A program made the translations under genes and the position numbers. The notes under the pieces are model-generated. The model made no database searches and was not told where the DNA came from. It saw nothing but the letters and a program-made list of their open reading frames with translations. Shown one piece after another: positions 43,925 to 57,432 of a stretch of DNA of 64,000 nt (positions within the stretch are counted from its first letter, which is position 1; each line of letters begins with the position of its first letter). This stretch comes from Lama glama (lineage: Eukaryota), in contig CM052832.1 of the NCBI GenBank assembly GCA_028534125.1, positions 7,938,001-8,002,000 of the forward strand, given 5' to 3'.

Positions 43925-44654
43925 CAGTTTAGAGGTGTGTGCCTTGTCCAGTCACTTAAAAGAAAGTCAGATGAACGGATATTACACTTCTTTATGCATA
44001 CCTTCCTAGAGCATAGGTGCTCCGTAGATAAGAAGCTCCGGTTATAAGAAAATTCCAAGAAATAAAAGGCAGACTTCTCTGATTCTGGAGCACATTTTTA
44101 GACTGACTGCTGTTCCACCCACACAGTATCCTGCTTCACGAGTATACGGTATCTACTAGGCACGTGCTGCAAATTCCCACCAACTAACAGTGTGGCTGCT
44201 ACTTAGCCAATTTTCTATTCATTTCTTATCAACTCCCGCTCAGATTCGTACAGCAGGTAAATCATATCTTTTCCATTCTTGTCAAGTCCTAACCCTATCA
44301 CCAAACCCTTTACTCCTTTTTTTCCCCCCAAACCCTTTATTCTTAACAGGACTTTGCCTGTGACTCTATAAAGTTTAAGGGCCAGCTAGCTACCTCCTCC
44401 CACCACGATACCCTCATTCTGGGATGTCTCAGGGCACAATATAAGGACAGTTGCATCAGAGTTACTTGAGAAGTCTGTTAAAAGTTCAGGCTCCTAAATC
44501 CCATTATAGACCTATCACACTGGAATCTAAGTGAAGCCAGGAAACCCACCCTTTGAAGCGGTCCCCCTCCCCCAGCAGCTCTCAGGCTCACGCTTGGCAG
44601 TGAATTTCCTCCTTTTCCAGTCCAGCTCCAACACTGCACTGCATTCTATCCCCG

Positions 44655-44830
44655 TCCCTGATTCCCTACATTTGTGCGGGCATGAGAATCACCTTCAGGA
44701 GCTTGTGTGTTCAACATGCAGATTCCGGGGCTCCAACCCAGACCTACAGGGGAAGACCCGGGAATCAGCACATTTAAGAAGCACCTCAGGTGATCCTCAG
44801 AGCCAGACAAGTGTGGGGAGAGCTGTTCTG
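44655..44830. mobile_element. MER5A-like hAT non-autonomous element
   Basis: gaatcacc...atgcagattcc...cccagacc...gaatc...aagcacctcaggtgatcc motif series; similar copies at ~19445-19635 and ~62975-63150. Confidence 0.55.
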
Positions 44831-46705
44831 GAACATGGCACGGACCCCACAGCAAGCCCTCGGTACAAGGAGGTTTGAGCATTTGGGATGGAGTGGAGCC
44901 CAGCAGAGGGGCCAAGAAGGGAACAGAGCTGTGAAGAGACAGCACAGAGCCCCAGCAGCCCCACATGCGGAGTTTCAAATGCAGTGTCAACAAACATAAC
45001 CCAGATCACACTCTCTGTCCACAATGCAGTACTAGAAATGCAGTATCAGAAACCAATAATTAAAAGACAGCCAAAGAGCATCCATAAGCTTGGAAGCTCA
45101 AACCACCCCTCTAAATATTTCATATAGTAGAAGAAAACATAATGGGAATCACAAGGCACTTAATGATCAACGACATAAATACTATATATCAAAGCTTGTG
45201 GGATCCAACTAAAGTAGTCATTAGAAACTAGAACCTCAAATGCATGTACTGTATTTTACTGAATGTAAGACACCATCCATTGGAATAACATTATTATTTT
45301 ATGTACCACGAGGAAAAGAGACTGCCAATTAAACTGACACATGCTTTATCACTTAGGATTTTTATTTCATACGTGCTGAAGCACCCTTTTAGAATTACTT
45401 AGATATCGACTTTAATCACATATTTCTCGTGTGCATATTTAAAGAAGAAAAATATAAGCCAGATAAATTGGCTAAGGCATTCTTACACCTCTCTCACATT
45501 CAAGTCTGATTACTGAATCACTTTTCAACTCAACCCCTAATGTCCACATTTTCCACCTAAATCAACCTGAGTGCAACAAGAATGAGAATCTAGGTGATGG
45601 AGCATTTCATAAGTGAGTGCTCCTCTTTTGCCTCTGGAATTTTCTTCCAAGCCACGGATACACCTTCCACATTATTCAGTGCTCATCCAGCGAAGTTTAC
45701 TTAGGACAGCAGCCTCACACGGGCTACTGCACCCACAGCACTCGTAACACCAATCCAACTTCAGAGACACAAACTGTGAAAAATGTCCATCTTACAACTG
45801 ACCGATTATAGTGTTGAACAAAACGAAGAATTTCAAAATTAATGGCCTAAGCTTTCAATTCAAGAAATAAGGGGAAAAATGACAAACCCCTCAAGATGAC
45901 AAGAGAAGAAATCATCAAATGAAAGCAGAAATGAATGAAATGAAGAATATCAAAACTATGGTTTCATGGAAAAAACTAATAATGTAGATAAAGTTCAAGA
46001 AAAAAACGTTAACACAAGTATACAGGATAAGAAATGAAAAAGAGGTCATAATTACTAATAAAATAGAAATAACTTCACACATAAAGAAATTGAGTACCAG
46101 AAATATCAAGTAACTTGCACAAGACTACAGAGCAATGGAGTGTAACTTATAAAATGTAACTGAGTGTTACAGTAATCAAGATGGTACTGACAAAGATAAA
46201 TCAATAGAACAAAGTAGAAATGTAATGTAAATGTAAATAGAATAAACTTTTATGTGATAATAGTGAGGGAACCATCTTATCTCAGAACCATAAATGGATG
46301 CTTTATTCAAAAAGTATTGCTGAAACAACTAATTAACCATTTGGAATGAAAATAAAATTAAATCTCTCTTATCCCAAAATAAATTCCAAATGAATTATGA
46401 ATTTGAATGTAAAAAAATTAAAAGGTGTACATGAAAAAGTAATAAGTAAATGTTTATATAATGATAGAGTGGGGAAGTTATTTCTAAGAAAGATATCAAA
46501 AACAGGCAAAATAAAAGAAAAGATGCATAAATTTGAAATCATACATATTTATAACTTCCATAGCAAGCTATAAACTGGGAGGAAATTTATAATATACATA
46601 ATCAGAAAAAGTTAATAATCATGATAAACTATGGGTTTTTATAAATTTATAAGATGAAAATAAATACCCAAGATAAAAAAAAGTGGGCAAAAGATTAAAT
46701 AGTTC

Positions 46706-46708
<3 letters not shown>

Positions 46709-46745
<37 letters not shown>
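46709..46745. repeat. (CA)n microsatellite
   Basis: About 18 uninterrupted CA units. Confidence 0.95.
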
Positions 46746-46747
<2 letters not shown>

Positions 46748-46789
46748 TAGCCGATATACATTTGGGAAAAAACTTTATGCTTCCTAAGC

Positions 46790-47128
46790 TCTAGTTTGAA
46801 AAGATACATACACCCCAATGTTCACAGCAGCACTATTTACAATAGCCAAGACATGGAAACAACTTAAATGTCCATCAACAGATGGCTGGATAAAGAAGTT
46901 GTGGTATATTTATACAAGCAACATGGATGGACCTGGAGATCATCATACTAAGTAAAGTAAGCCAGAAAGAGAAAGAAAAATACCATATGAGATCACTTAT
47001 ATGTGGAATCTTAAAAAAAGACACAAATGAGCTTATTTACAAGATAGAAACAGACTCACAGTCATAGAGAACAAACTTATGGTTACCAAGGGGGAAAGGG
47101 GCTGGGAAGGGATAAATTGGGAGTTTGA
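46790..47128 (+). mobile_element. Younger L1 3' fragment, cut by the assembly gap
   Basis: caatgttcacagcagcactatttacaatagccaagacatggaaac... is closely similar to the copy at 57440-58120. Confidence 0.85.
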
Positions 47129-47628
47129 NNNNNNNNNNNNNNNNNNNNNNNNNNNNNNNNNNNNNNNNNNNNNNNNNNNNNNNNNNNNNNNNNNNNNNNN
47201 NNNNNNNNNNNNNNNNNNNNNNNNNNNNNNNNNNNNNNNNNNNNNNNNNNNNNNNNNNNNNNNNNNNNNNNNNNNNNNNNNNNNNNNNNNNNNNNNNNNN
47301 NNNNNNNNNNNNNNNNNNNNNNNNNNNNNNNNNNNNNNNNNNNNNNNNNNNNNNNNNNNNNNNNNNNNNNNNNNNNNNNNNNNNNNNNNNNNNNNNNNNN
47401 NNNNNNNNNNNNNNNNNNNNNNNNNNNNNNNNNNNNNNNNNNNNNNNNNNNNNNNNNNNNNNNNNNNNNNNNNNNNNNNNNNNNNNNNNNNNNNNNNNNN
47501 NNNNNNNNNNNNNNNNNNNNNNNNNNNNNNNNNNNNNNNNNNNNNNNNNNNNNNNNNNNNNNNNNNNNNNNNNNNNNNNNNNNNNNNNNNNNNNNNNNNN
47601 NNNNNNNNNNNNNNNNNNNNNNNNNNNN
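47129..47628. other. Assembly gap (500 N)
   Basis: Exactly 500 N, interrupting an L1 3' region. Confidence 0.99.
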
Positions 47629-50219
47629 CAGATCTTGGTGAACGGGTCTAATTGTACTTTAGTTTCTGTGTGAGCGAGAAAGGAAAGAGGGGTGACAAGG
47701 TTAGCTCGGTTTCCATCAGGCTAAGAGTGGGGAGATACTAGCATAATAATAGGAAGTTGAATGGACTTTTCCTGTTGCCTGCAAACCATCCCTGGGGCTC
47801 AAAGTTGGAGACAAAGAGGCATTAAGTAAATCCATATTCTAAACAGAACATTTATCAATGGAGGGTCAGACTCTTCCTAGGGTCTATTAAGAGACTGCCA
47901 AATCTCTGAACATTGCTAAACACTTACTACTTTTCCAGGAAAAAAAAAAGTAAATAAATGTTGTGGTGACCTTCAAACCAGCCAATACCGTGAAAATGAG
48001 TATTACAACACTGTGGGTTCAAGTTCAGGCTTCAGAGCCAGACTCCTGAGTGCAGACCTTGCTACTTCCACATACTATCTGTGCACGCCTGGGCAAGTCA
48101 GTGTCTATGAGCCTCAGTGTCCTCACCTATAAAGGGGGATAATAATAGTACCCAGCTCCAAGGTTGTCGAGAGGATTCATGAATAAACACATGTAAAGCA
48201 CTTTGCATGACATGCACATGGTAAGAGAAGCCGACTAAGTGTGTGCTTTTGGTTACAGGCATTTCCTTCTATGACTGATTCTGTAACCAGGAAGTGCCAA
48301 CTCAAATCTGATGCCAGAGGAGCTGAACAGCACCTGGCCTATTCTGTTGGGAAAGAGTTGAAGAGAGAAAACAACAGAAGCGATTTTCCCTTTTGCAAGT
48401 TGTTGAACAGCTAGAGGCCTTTGGGAAGGGGTTAGGTCACCCTCCTCACCCTGCTCACCCCGAGCTCTGTGACGAGGGTTGCTAAACCCACTCCGGTCCC
48501 CACTCATGTGCGGAACCAGGACCAAGGACAAAGAGCCTCTGGAAGGACTGGCTTTAGGAAGCAAATGGGGAAGACTTCCTCCTGAGGCGGATGGGCTCTG
48601 CCAAACAAACTCTAAGAAAAATGTAAAAATGCATGGTCTGGGAGTCTGGGAGGGTCTGGGAAATTCTCCCCTGGAAAAGGAGGGTGCAAGACAGAATGGG
48701 AGCAGACGTACACAGTAGATTAGGAAAATAAATACATGTTAGTATTCAGAGACCAGTGATGAAAAATACCCCAGCTGAAGTTATAACAAAGGTCATTTGA
48801 TCCATTTTGCAAAACATAGTTGTGACAGACGGGTCACCTACCTCACGGTGGGAGAGCCAACTAGAAAACAGTCCGGCCACAGCCCAAGCTGGTGGTGAGA
48901 TGGGGTGTCCTGCTCAGCCCTGCCGTCTGCTCCTTCAGGTCCACCTCCACCCTTTTTCCCCTACAAGCATGAAGAATAAACAGACTTTCCTGAGAAAAAG
49001 GAAAACAAAACCCAGCAGATGGGCTGATGGGGGAGGAGGAAGAAGGTAACCAAAGGTGAGGGGACAGCTTTCCTCTCAGAGGCTTGTCAGTGAGAGTCCA
49101 GGACTTCGTCAAGTATCCCAGTCCATTTGAGGGGAATCCTACCTTTATGAAACATCTGGGCTCAGAAAAAACAACATATGCCGTTTCTTACTGAACACCA
49201 AATATTAGTTCTCATTTCACAATGGCAGCCGGTCGTTGGTATTGACTTCTGGACGGCTTACCCTGGGCCGGGCATTGTATCAGATGTTCGCTCTCAGTCC
49301 ACATGACAACTCTGTGGGATATGGAATATTATTATTTCCATTATCTCCAAATCTCAGCCCAGGAAGCTCAAGTAAGTTCCCCAAGTCCACAAGACCTTAC
49401 AGAGCCCAGCTCGCACCAGGCCCCTGTGCTTTGGAGGGCTGGTTCCCTGCACAAATGACTGGTTAGAGTTAGGGAGCATCCCAGCTAGTGGTACCGAGAC
49501 ATTCAGCAGACTTCCGTCCTTAGATTTCTTATATTTTTTGTGTGTGCTGGTTTTATTTATTTACTATTTTTACACAATTTTTAAAGGTTACACTCCGTTT
49601 ACAGTTGTTACACAATATTAGTTATTCTCCCCACGTTGTACAACACACCCCTGTAGTCTATCTTACACCCAATAGTTTGTACCTCCCACTCCTCTACTCC
49701 TATATTGTCCCTCCCCCTTCCCTCTCCCCACTGGTAATCACGAGTTTGTTCCCTATATCTCTGAGTCTGCTTCTTTTTTGTTATATTCACTGGCTTGTTG
49801 TGTTTTTAAGACTCTTTTATTGCTCTATTGACACATTGTGACCATGAGCCCAGGTAGACCCAAGACTGGAAGTCTAGACTCTGTTAGGAATCAAACTTAA
49901 ACTCCCCAGAAACCTCCCAATATTGGCAACACTGAGCAAAGGAATCAGAAAGGCTCAGCGCTCACCAGAGGCACAAGAGGTGGGTGAGTGTGTGTGTGTG
50001 TGCGCGCACGCGCGCTGCTCTGCCTCCCTGCCCATCCCAGCATCTGATGGAGCTGAGGCTGCCGTATTCCTTTCCTTTCCTTTCATCCACCTCATTCTTC
50101 TTCTTGGAGGTCCTTCCCCACTTGTTCTACCCTCAGACCCCACCACCACTTCCTTTCTTACTCATATGTCAGCCACCCACTTCACTTACCCTTTCTCTCT
50201 GCTTCTGCATTTTGGTCTT

Positions 50220-50680
50220 TGTATTAGTCAGCTATTGCCACAATAATGTTCTGTAACAAACTTCCCACCAACTCAGTGGCCTACAAAAAGCATATATTCT
50301 TAGCACTCGTGGGTCTGGAGGTCAGCTAACATCAGTCTACTCCAGGCTGCAGATCAGCCTGGCTCCAGAGTGGCCCTTAGATTCAGTTTTGCTCCCTGGG
50401 ATTTGTCTCATTCCCCAGGGATCAGCAGCTCCCCCATGGCATGTTCTTCTCATGTCAAATAGCATAAGCATGATAAGGGTGAGTGAACTGGCATAGTGTT
50501 ATTTCTACTGATGTTCTGTTGGCCAAACCAAATTATATGGGAAAACCCCAAATCACTGAAGTGAGATCGGAGTACAACTCCATCCACACGAGTGGGGCCT
50601 AATACAAAGCCACGTGGTACAGGGCGTGGATGTACAGTCCAAGTACAGGGAGGGTGTGATGAGTTGAGAACCATCGTTTA
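50220..50680 (-). mobile_element. MaLR (MLT1-like) LTR
   Basis: Starts tgtattagtcagctattgccacaataatg...gtaacaaac, the typical reverse-strand MLT1 end. Confidence 0.6.
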
Positions 50681-53600
50681 ATCCAATGAATGTCATGTCC
50701 CTCCTAAACAGTTCCTCCAAAACAGCCATGGGGTTAGGAGGCTGTTGGTCCTTGCTACTGTAGAAGAGGAGGGAAAAGCATCTTCCTCTTCAGGCACCTC
50801 CAACCCCAATAACAAACATGATCCACTTTCCTGACGCCTGTACTGCTCACTGGTTCATTCTGTGGGGCTTTGGAGAGTAAGGCCTCCGCTGCAGGACTGC
50901 CCGCCTCCTCCAAACCAAACGTCCTTGTGATTCTCAAGGTCTGGCGTGAAGCATGAACGTTCAATCTTTTCAAATTCCTATTCTGCTTTTTCATTTTCCA
51001 GAAACATTCGAAGCCAGACGTGCCTTTCTCGTGGATGAAACAGGCCTTTAGAAGTTCCAGATGTTCCTCCCTCGGCTAAACAGGATTCAGATGTAGGGAC
51101 GGGGTCAGGGCAGGAAGGAGGCAGAACTGCAAACTTAACACATTTTTCTTTTAAACAGACAATCTTGGATATAAAACCTTCACATTCAGGAAGCAAGACT
51201 TTCAGAGCAGAGGAAGAAACCTTCAGAAATCATCATTATCACAGGCAGCATCCTTCAAACGTGGCTTAGATTTATTCTGAAAGATGGCATTCATATCACT
51301 GCTGAGCACTTAATCGAATTCACTTAAGGGGAAGGAATCCACTTATTACTGTGACAGGCAAAGGAAGTTAACTGTGAGGTTGGCAGCTCCTATTACTCAC
51401 ACTGGAGGCTGTGGTTTGACACTGAGACATTAGCTGCATAGCAGTTCTCACGGTGATGACAGAAAATAAGAGAAAAATCCATGAGAACAGTCTTCAAGGC
51501 ACCATTGCTGGCTGGGGACTGTCATCACACAGCTGGACATTAATAAACTTAGACCAAATAAAAAGAAATGGGAGGCACATGGTATCTGGTCTCAGGACCA
51601 CAGCCAGTCCACTTCATATCAAAAGTCCACGGCCATATAGGAGGTCCCCAGAGTGGTCAAATGCATGGAGACAGAAAGTAGAATGGTGGTTACCAGGGGC
51701 TGGGAGGTGGGGGATGGGGAGCTATGCTTTAAGGGGTACAGAGTTTCAGTCTGGGGTGATGACAAAGTTCTGGAGATGGATGATGGTGATGGTGGCACAA
51801 CAATGTAACTGTACTTAATGCCACTAAATAGTGTACTTTGTTAAAATGGTAAATATTATGTAATGGGTATTTTACAATAATAAAAATAAATATTTTCTTA
51901 AAGTCCATGATCACTGGAAAATCCATCTAGCAGTTCACCTAATGGCACCTTTCTGCACCCATGTTACACTTCAATGACTCTTTAAATTTTTTTTGTTTCT
52001 ACAATTTTTAAATGTACTCTCCATTGACAGTTATTACAAAATATTGGCTCAATTCTCCATGTTGTACAGTACATCCTTGAGCCTATCTTATACCCAATAG
52101 TTTGGGTGTAAACTACCTCCACTCTTGTGTTCACTAGTTTGTTCTCTATACCTTCAACGGCTTTTTTAAACGGCTGAGAAATAAATATGAAAATGAGAGA
52201 TAGAAATATGTGCTGTGAAGACAATGAAATCGGGTCAAACAACAGAGAATGAAGGAGGGAGGGGCGAACACAGGGCTTCCTAGGCCACGGATTCTGTTCT
52301 CTCTCATAAGAACATCAGGAAGCAATTTTATACTTTGGTTTTTTTTTTTTTTTTTTGCTGGGAGAGATTAGATTAAAATTCAAGTACTTAGTACAGCATG
52401 CCAAACAGTTACTGCTCAATATATTTATTACATCAAAGAGGACAGTGTTAACTCATCCAGGGTGAATCGAAGCCTTCTCATTTATAATTAAAATTCCATT
52501 TCAGCAAAATTTAAGGGCTTTTTGTTTTGGTATTTTATTTATTCCATTAAAAAAAATCTGGTCATAAAGTTTTGCATGAAAAACAAATGTGATCAATAGT
52601 TGTTAAAAGTCAAATAAGAATACTGATATGTATATGTGTGTTTATACATGTGTATGTGTGTGCTCGTGTGTGTGTGAAAGAAAACAGTTTTCCTTAAAGT
52701 AAAGTTATAGGCAATTTTTTTTTTAAGCTTATGAGCATAAATTGCTGGATTTTGGCTTTGACTTAGGGTTTAGCTAAAAATCAGACCCAGGGCTCAACTT
52801 TGGGGAATGGAGAGGTAAGCAAAAATTTGGGGTGAGGCCCTCAGGAAGGCAGCCTCAAACCACAATTCTGAGAAAGACAGTTCTCGTGACCACCCCATTC
52901 TAGGTTTTCTTGCTTCTCCTCTGTGTTCTGCAAATCATGCCTCTACCCCAGCTACCATAATCTGAACTCTTCTACTGAGTTAATACCGTCTAGGGAAAAG
53001 AAAACGTCGAGTGTCTTTCGGCAATCAATATTTCTGCAAGACTGCTCTGAAGTCATTAATTACTGACTTTCTCAGCCTGCCAAGTGCCATCTAATACCTT
53101 CGATTTATCATCCCTATAGTCCCCCCTCCGGTTAACATCATCATCTGTGGAACTGACAGCCAGACATAAATAATTGGCCCATCACTGACAAGAGTGAGAG
53201 TGAGCCGACCGTGCTTCCATGGGCACTGTTTTAACCACTCAGCTTCCTGGCTGCTCCTTGCCCTTTTACCACTACTTAAAGGTGAAAGAAAAGACTCTTT
53301 AGGTAAAGACCCTTCCGATTCCTGGATAGTATATCCTAGGGAGTAACCCACATCTCAAGAGGCACCGTGGCCATCCTAAAGTTTGTTGGAATCTATCCCA
53401 TGGACGGAAGGAGCTTGGAACAAGAAGGAAAGAAGAAAGGGGGAAACTCAAGGTGTCAGTTTCATGGGTCACATTTCTCAAGGCAGAGAACCCTCTGAAC
53501 AGGCTTTTCAGCCCCAGCTTCCATAAAACACAGGTGCTTGTCTCTTTAAGGAAAACTTAACCCTGCCAAGAGCTGGGACAGTGGCCAGCAAAGCTTCTGG

Positions 53601-54409
53601 TTGTTCCTCCAAAGAGCCTTCCCTGAGGCCCCAGGTGGGAGCTGGGTATGTGCCTACCAGCACTGATCACTTTTTATATCCATGTGCTCATCTGTCTGTT
53701 CCCACATCCCGCAAACCCCCAACTCCAACTGTCAGCTCCCTGAGGACAAGGACTCTATCAGCCTTGCCTGGCATGCAGTAGCCATTCCATAAATATCTGT
53801 GGAGCTGAACTGAATTTACATTCTCTCCTCATTATATCAACCAAGTACAGTATGCTCTTTTTCCTGCCAGCATTTCGAAAGTTTCTGGAGATGTTTCCAA
53901 ATAATTAAAGTTGCTCCCACTTGGCCTCAGAACTTGCTACTGAACTCTTTTTAAAATGCTTTGAAATTTCCTCAATTTTGTTAACAACATAGAGCAAACA
54001 TAATGTAACCTTTCCCTGATGTGTTCATTGGCTTGTGAGAGAGATTTTAAATGGCTTCAACAAGACAGCTGCTTTCTCTCACAGGTAACCAATGAAGGAA
54101 TGAACAGTCTAGGGCGCCTGTGGTGACTCGCAGGGTCAGGGACCCAAGCCCTTTTCATCCTTCGCTGTAATTCCTGGGTGTTTCCCTTCTCCCTACCCTG
54201 ACCCCTGAGACCGCATCCCAGCCTGTGGAAGGAAAGGCAGAAGGTCAGAGCTTGTGTGACTTGGTACATCTCACTTCTGCTCCTAGTCCAAGGACTACAA
54301 GTGAGAGATATAGCAGCGTGGTCCATGGAAAAGTTGGGGCATCTCTTACTAAGAGAGAAGGGGACATTGAACATTAGGGACAGCTTATAGTGTTTGCCAC
54401 AGCTATCTT

Positions 54410-55375
54410 TTTGTTACTGAAGTAGTTAGTTTACAATGTTGCATCAATTTCTGGTGTACAGCATAATGTTTCAGTCATATATATACATACATATATTCCT
54501 TTTCATTTTCTTTTTCATTGTCAGTTGCTACAAGATACTGAATATAATGCCCTGTGCTATACAGTATAAACTTGTTGTTTATCTATTTTACATATGTTAG
54601 TATCTGCATATCTTGAACTCCCAGTTTATCCCTTCCCACCCGTTTTACTCCCTGGTAGCCGTAAGTTTCTTTTCTATGTCTGTGAGTCTGTTTCTGTTCT
54701 GTAAATAAGTTCATTTGTGTCTTTTTTTTAGATTCTACCTGTAAGTGATACCATACGGTATTTTTCTTTCTCTTTCTGGCTTACTTCACTTAGAATGATG
54801 ATCTCCAGGTCCATCCATGCTGCTGCAAATGGCATTATTTTATTATGTCTTATGGCTGAGTAGTGTTCCATTGTACCACAACTTCTTTATCCAGTCATCT
54901 GTCAATAGACATTTAGGTTGTTTCCATGACTTGGTTATTGTAAATAGTGCTGCTATGAACATTGGGGTGCATGTATCTTTTTGAATTAGAGTTCCCTCCA
55001 GATATATGCCCAGGAGTGGGATTGCTGGATCATATGGTAAGTCTGTTTTTAGTTTAAGGACTTTCCATACTGTTTTCCATAATGACTATACCAAACTACA
55101 TTCCAACCAACAGTGTAGGAGGGTTCCCTTTTCTCCACACCCTCTCCAGCATTTATCATTCATGGACTTTTTAATGATGACCATTCTGACTGGTGTGATT
55201 TGATAACTCACTATAGTTTTGATTTGCATTTCTCTGATAATCAGCAATACCAAGCATTTTTTCATGTGCTTATTGGCAATTTGCACGTTTTCATTAGAGA
55301 ATTGCTTGTTTAGGTCTTCTGCCCGCTTTTGGATTGGGTTGCTTGTTTTTTTAAGTTGTATGAGCTGTTTGTATA
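54410..55375 (-). mobile_element. 5'-truncated L1 (ORF2 C-terminus and 3' UTR)
   Basis: ORF 55086..55286 (ANKHMKKC...IIREMQIKT...[16 protein letters not shown]) is the L1 ORF2 C-terminal cysteine-rich segment. Confidence 0.92.
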
Positions 55376-55925
55376 TTATAAATTTTAATCATGCTACTCT
55401 ACTGTGTTTAGTGGTTCCTGCAAGGACAGCTGAAATGTGCAGACGGACTCATTGCAAGAACCAGACTGCTTGAGGTTACCAGCTGTCTGTTCCTCAGTCA
55501 CCCCCGGGCCACCAGTCTGTCTCCTGATGTTATTATGCATATACTTGCTCCCAGTGGCTCCATTTCTAATCTGCCGAGAGTGGGAAAACCAAATATTGGG
55601 GATTTTTAGAATTATATGTACTAAACACACACACACAGAGTCAGATGGGAGGTAAGTAGAGGTAGTTAATAAGACAGGCCCTGGAGCCAGGTTGTGTGGG
55701 TTCAAATTCCTACTCTACTACCCATAGTCTGTATGAGCTTAAGCAAGTCACTTAACCTCTCTTGGTTTCTTCATCTGTAAAATGGGAATAATAATAGTAA
55801 CTTCCCTGGGTTATTATGACGATTAAGTAAGTTATTACATATAAAGCATTTTACCTAGCATACAGTAAGTGCCCAATGAGGGAGCACTATCATTATTAAC
55901 ATAAAATAAGTTACTGGAAAAAAAA

Positions 55926-56107
55926 GAGGGGGGATAGCTCTGTAATAGAGCACATGCTTGGCATGCACAAGGTTGGGTTCAATCCCCAGTACCTCCATAA
56001 GAGAGAGAGAAGGAGAGAAGGAGAGAAAGAGAGAAGAAGGAGAGAAGGAGAGGAGAGAGAGAAAGAGAGAAAGAGAGAAAGAGAGAAAGAGAGAAGGAGA
56101 GAAAGGA

Positions 56108-56160
<53 letters not shown>
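55926..56160 (+). mobile_element. tRNA-derived SINE whose tail has become a (GA)n/(GAAA)n microsatellite
   Basis: gggggatagctctgtaatagagcacatgc...gggttcaatccccagtacctcc followed by about 160 nt of purine repeats. Confidence 0.88.
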
Positions 56161-56167
<7 letters not shown>

Positions 56168-57432
56168 TAGTTATTGATTCCATGGGCCAAGTGAGTGTGG
56201 CAAAGACTCTCCCCTGAATTGAGCCTTCTGAGCTTTACTGGCAGCCCTTTCTCCTGCTCAGAGGCCCTCGTCCCTCACTCCCAGGCTCTGGGCTGTGGCC
56301 CAGATGGCTGAAGCTGAGTGAAGCCAGAGGCCAGAGAAATGGAGGGCTGATGTGAATTAGAATCCACTTGAATTTTGATATGTTTTATCTCCCTCACATC
56401 CTGCATGCATTTTTAATGGCATCTCAAAGACAATGGTAGAAAGCTGATAGCAAATGCAAATTGCATTAATGCTAGGATTCCTAATTCTGTGTTTACTTTT
56501 CCACTCTCCAGACATCCTAACAGACAGATAGTGGCCCCATTTCAGGAAGGGATAATGGAAATCTGTGTTCTAATTTATTAAATACTTATGGTAGAAAGGC
56601 CTTCTCATCATAGTCTCTAAACCAAAGCCAGAGTGACTGTCTCCATTCCTAAAAGCTCAGAGGACAAGAAAGAAGGAAGCTGCAGGGCATTCAGATACTC
56701 TGGCGAGTGAGCTGATTGGACTCCGGGGAGCCACAGCCATCACAGGATGCCTGGCTTTGTGGCATGTGTTCTAGAAAAGGCAAAATTTAGATCACATAAA
56801 ATTAACTGTTTTAAACTGTTCAATTTGGTGGCATTTAGTACAGTCACAGGGTTGTGCAACTACCACCTCTATCTAGTTCTAAAACATTTCCATCCTCCCA
56901 AAATAAAACTCCATACCTGTTAAGCAGTCAGTACCTATTCTCCCCTTCCTCAATGACTGGCAACCACTAATCTGCACTGTCTCTATGGGTTTACCTATTT
57001 GGACATTGCCTATAAATGGAATCATACAAAGGGTAGCCATTTGTGTTTAGCTTCTTTCAATTAGCATAATGTTTTTGAGGTTCATCCTCGAAACATCCTC
57101 ATACACTGTAGCATGTATCAATACACATTCCTTTTCTAAGGCTGAGTAATATTCCATTGTATGTGCATATCACCTTTGTTTATACATTCCTCCATGGATG
57201 GACATTCAGGTTGTTTCACCTTTCAGCTATTGTGAATAGTGCTGTTCATTGCATTATTTTTGAGTGTTTGCTCTACAGCAGCTTTTTTAAAGTGTTTAGG
57301 TTTCAGGACCCCTTTATACTCCTAAAAAGCATTGAAGACCCCCCAAAGAGCTTTTATGTGGGAGCGATAGATAGATAGATAAAATTAAAAATTTTCAATA
57401 TTTATTTTTAATTAAAATAAATACAAAATCCA

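Noticed and set aside
44002..44060. Possible extra SPATS1 exon ending AAG|gtatgc at ~44002
   Set aside because: The intron to the 43954 acceptor would be only about 47 nt, too short for a mammalian intron, and its ATG hits a stop after two codons.
47079..47673. ORFs of 182-190 aa spanning the second gap
   Set aside because: They are N-gap artefacts that start in L1 sequence.
55911..56217. Lys/Glu/Arg-rich and Phe/Leu/Ser-rich ORFs
   Set aside because: They are translations of the (GA)n/(GAAA)n microsatellite tail of a SINE.
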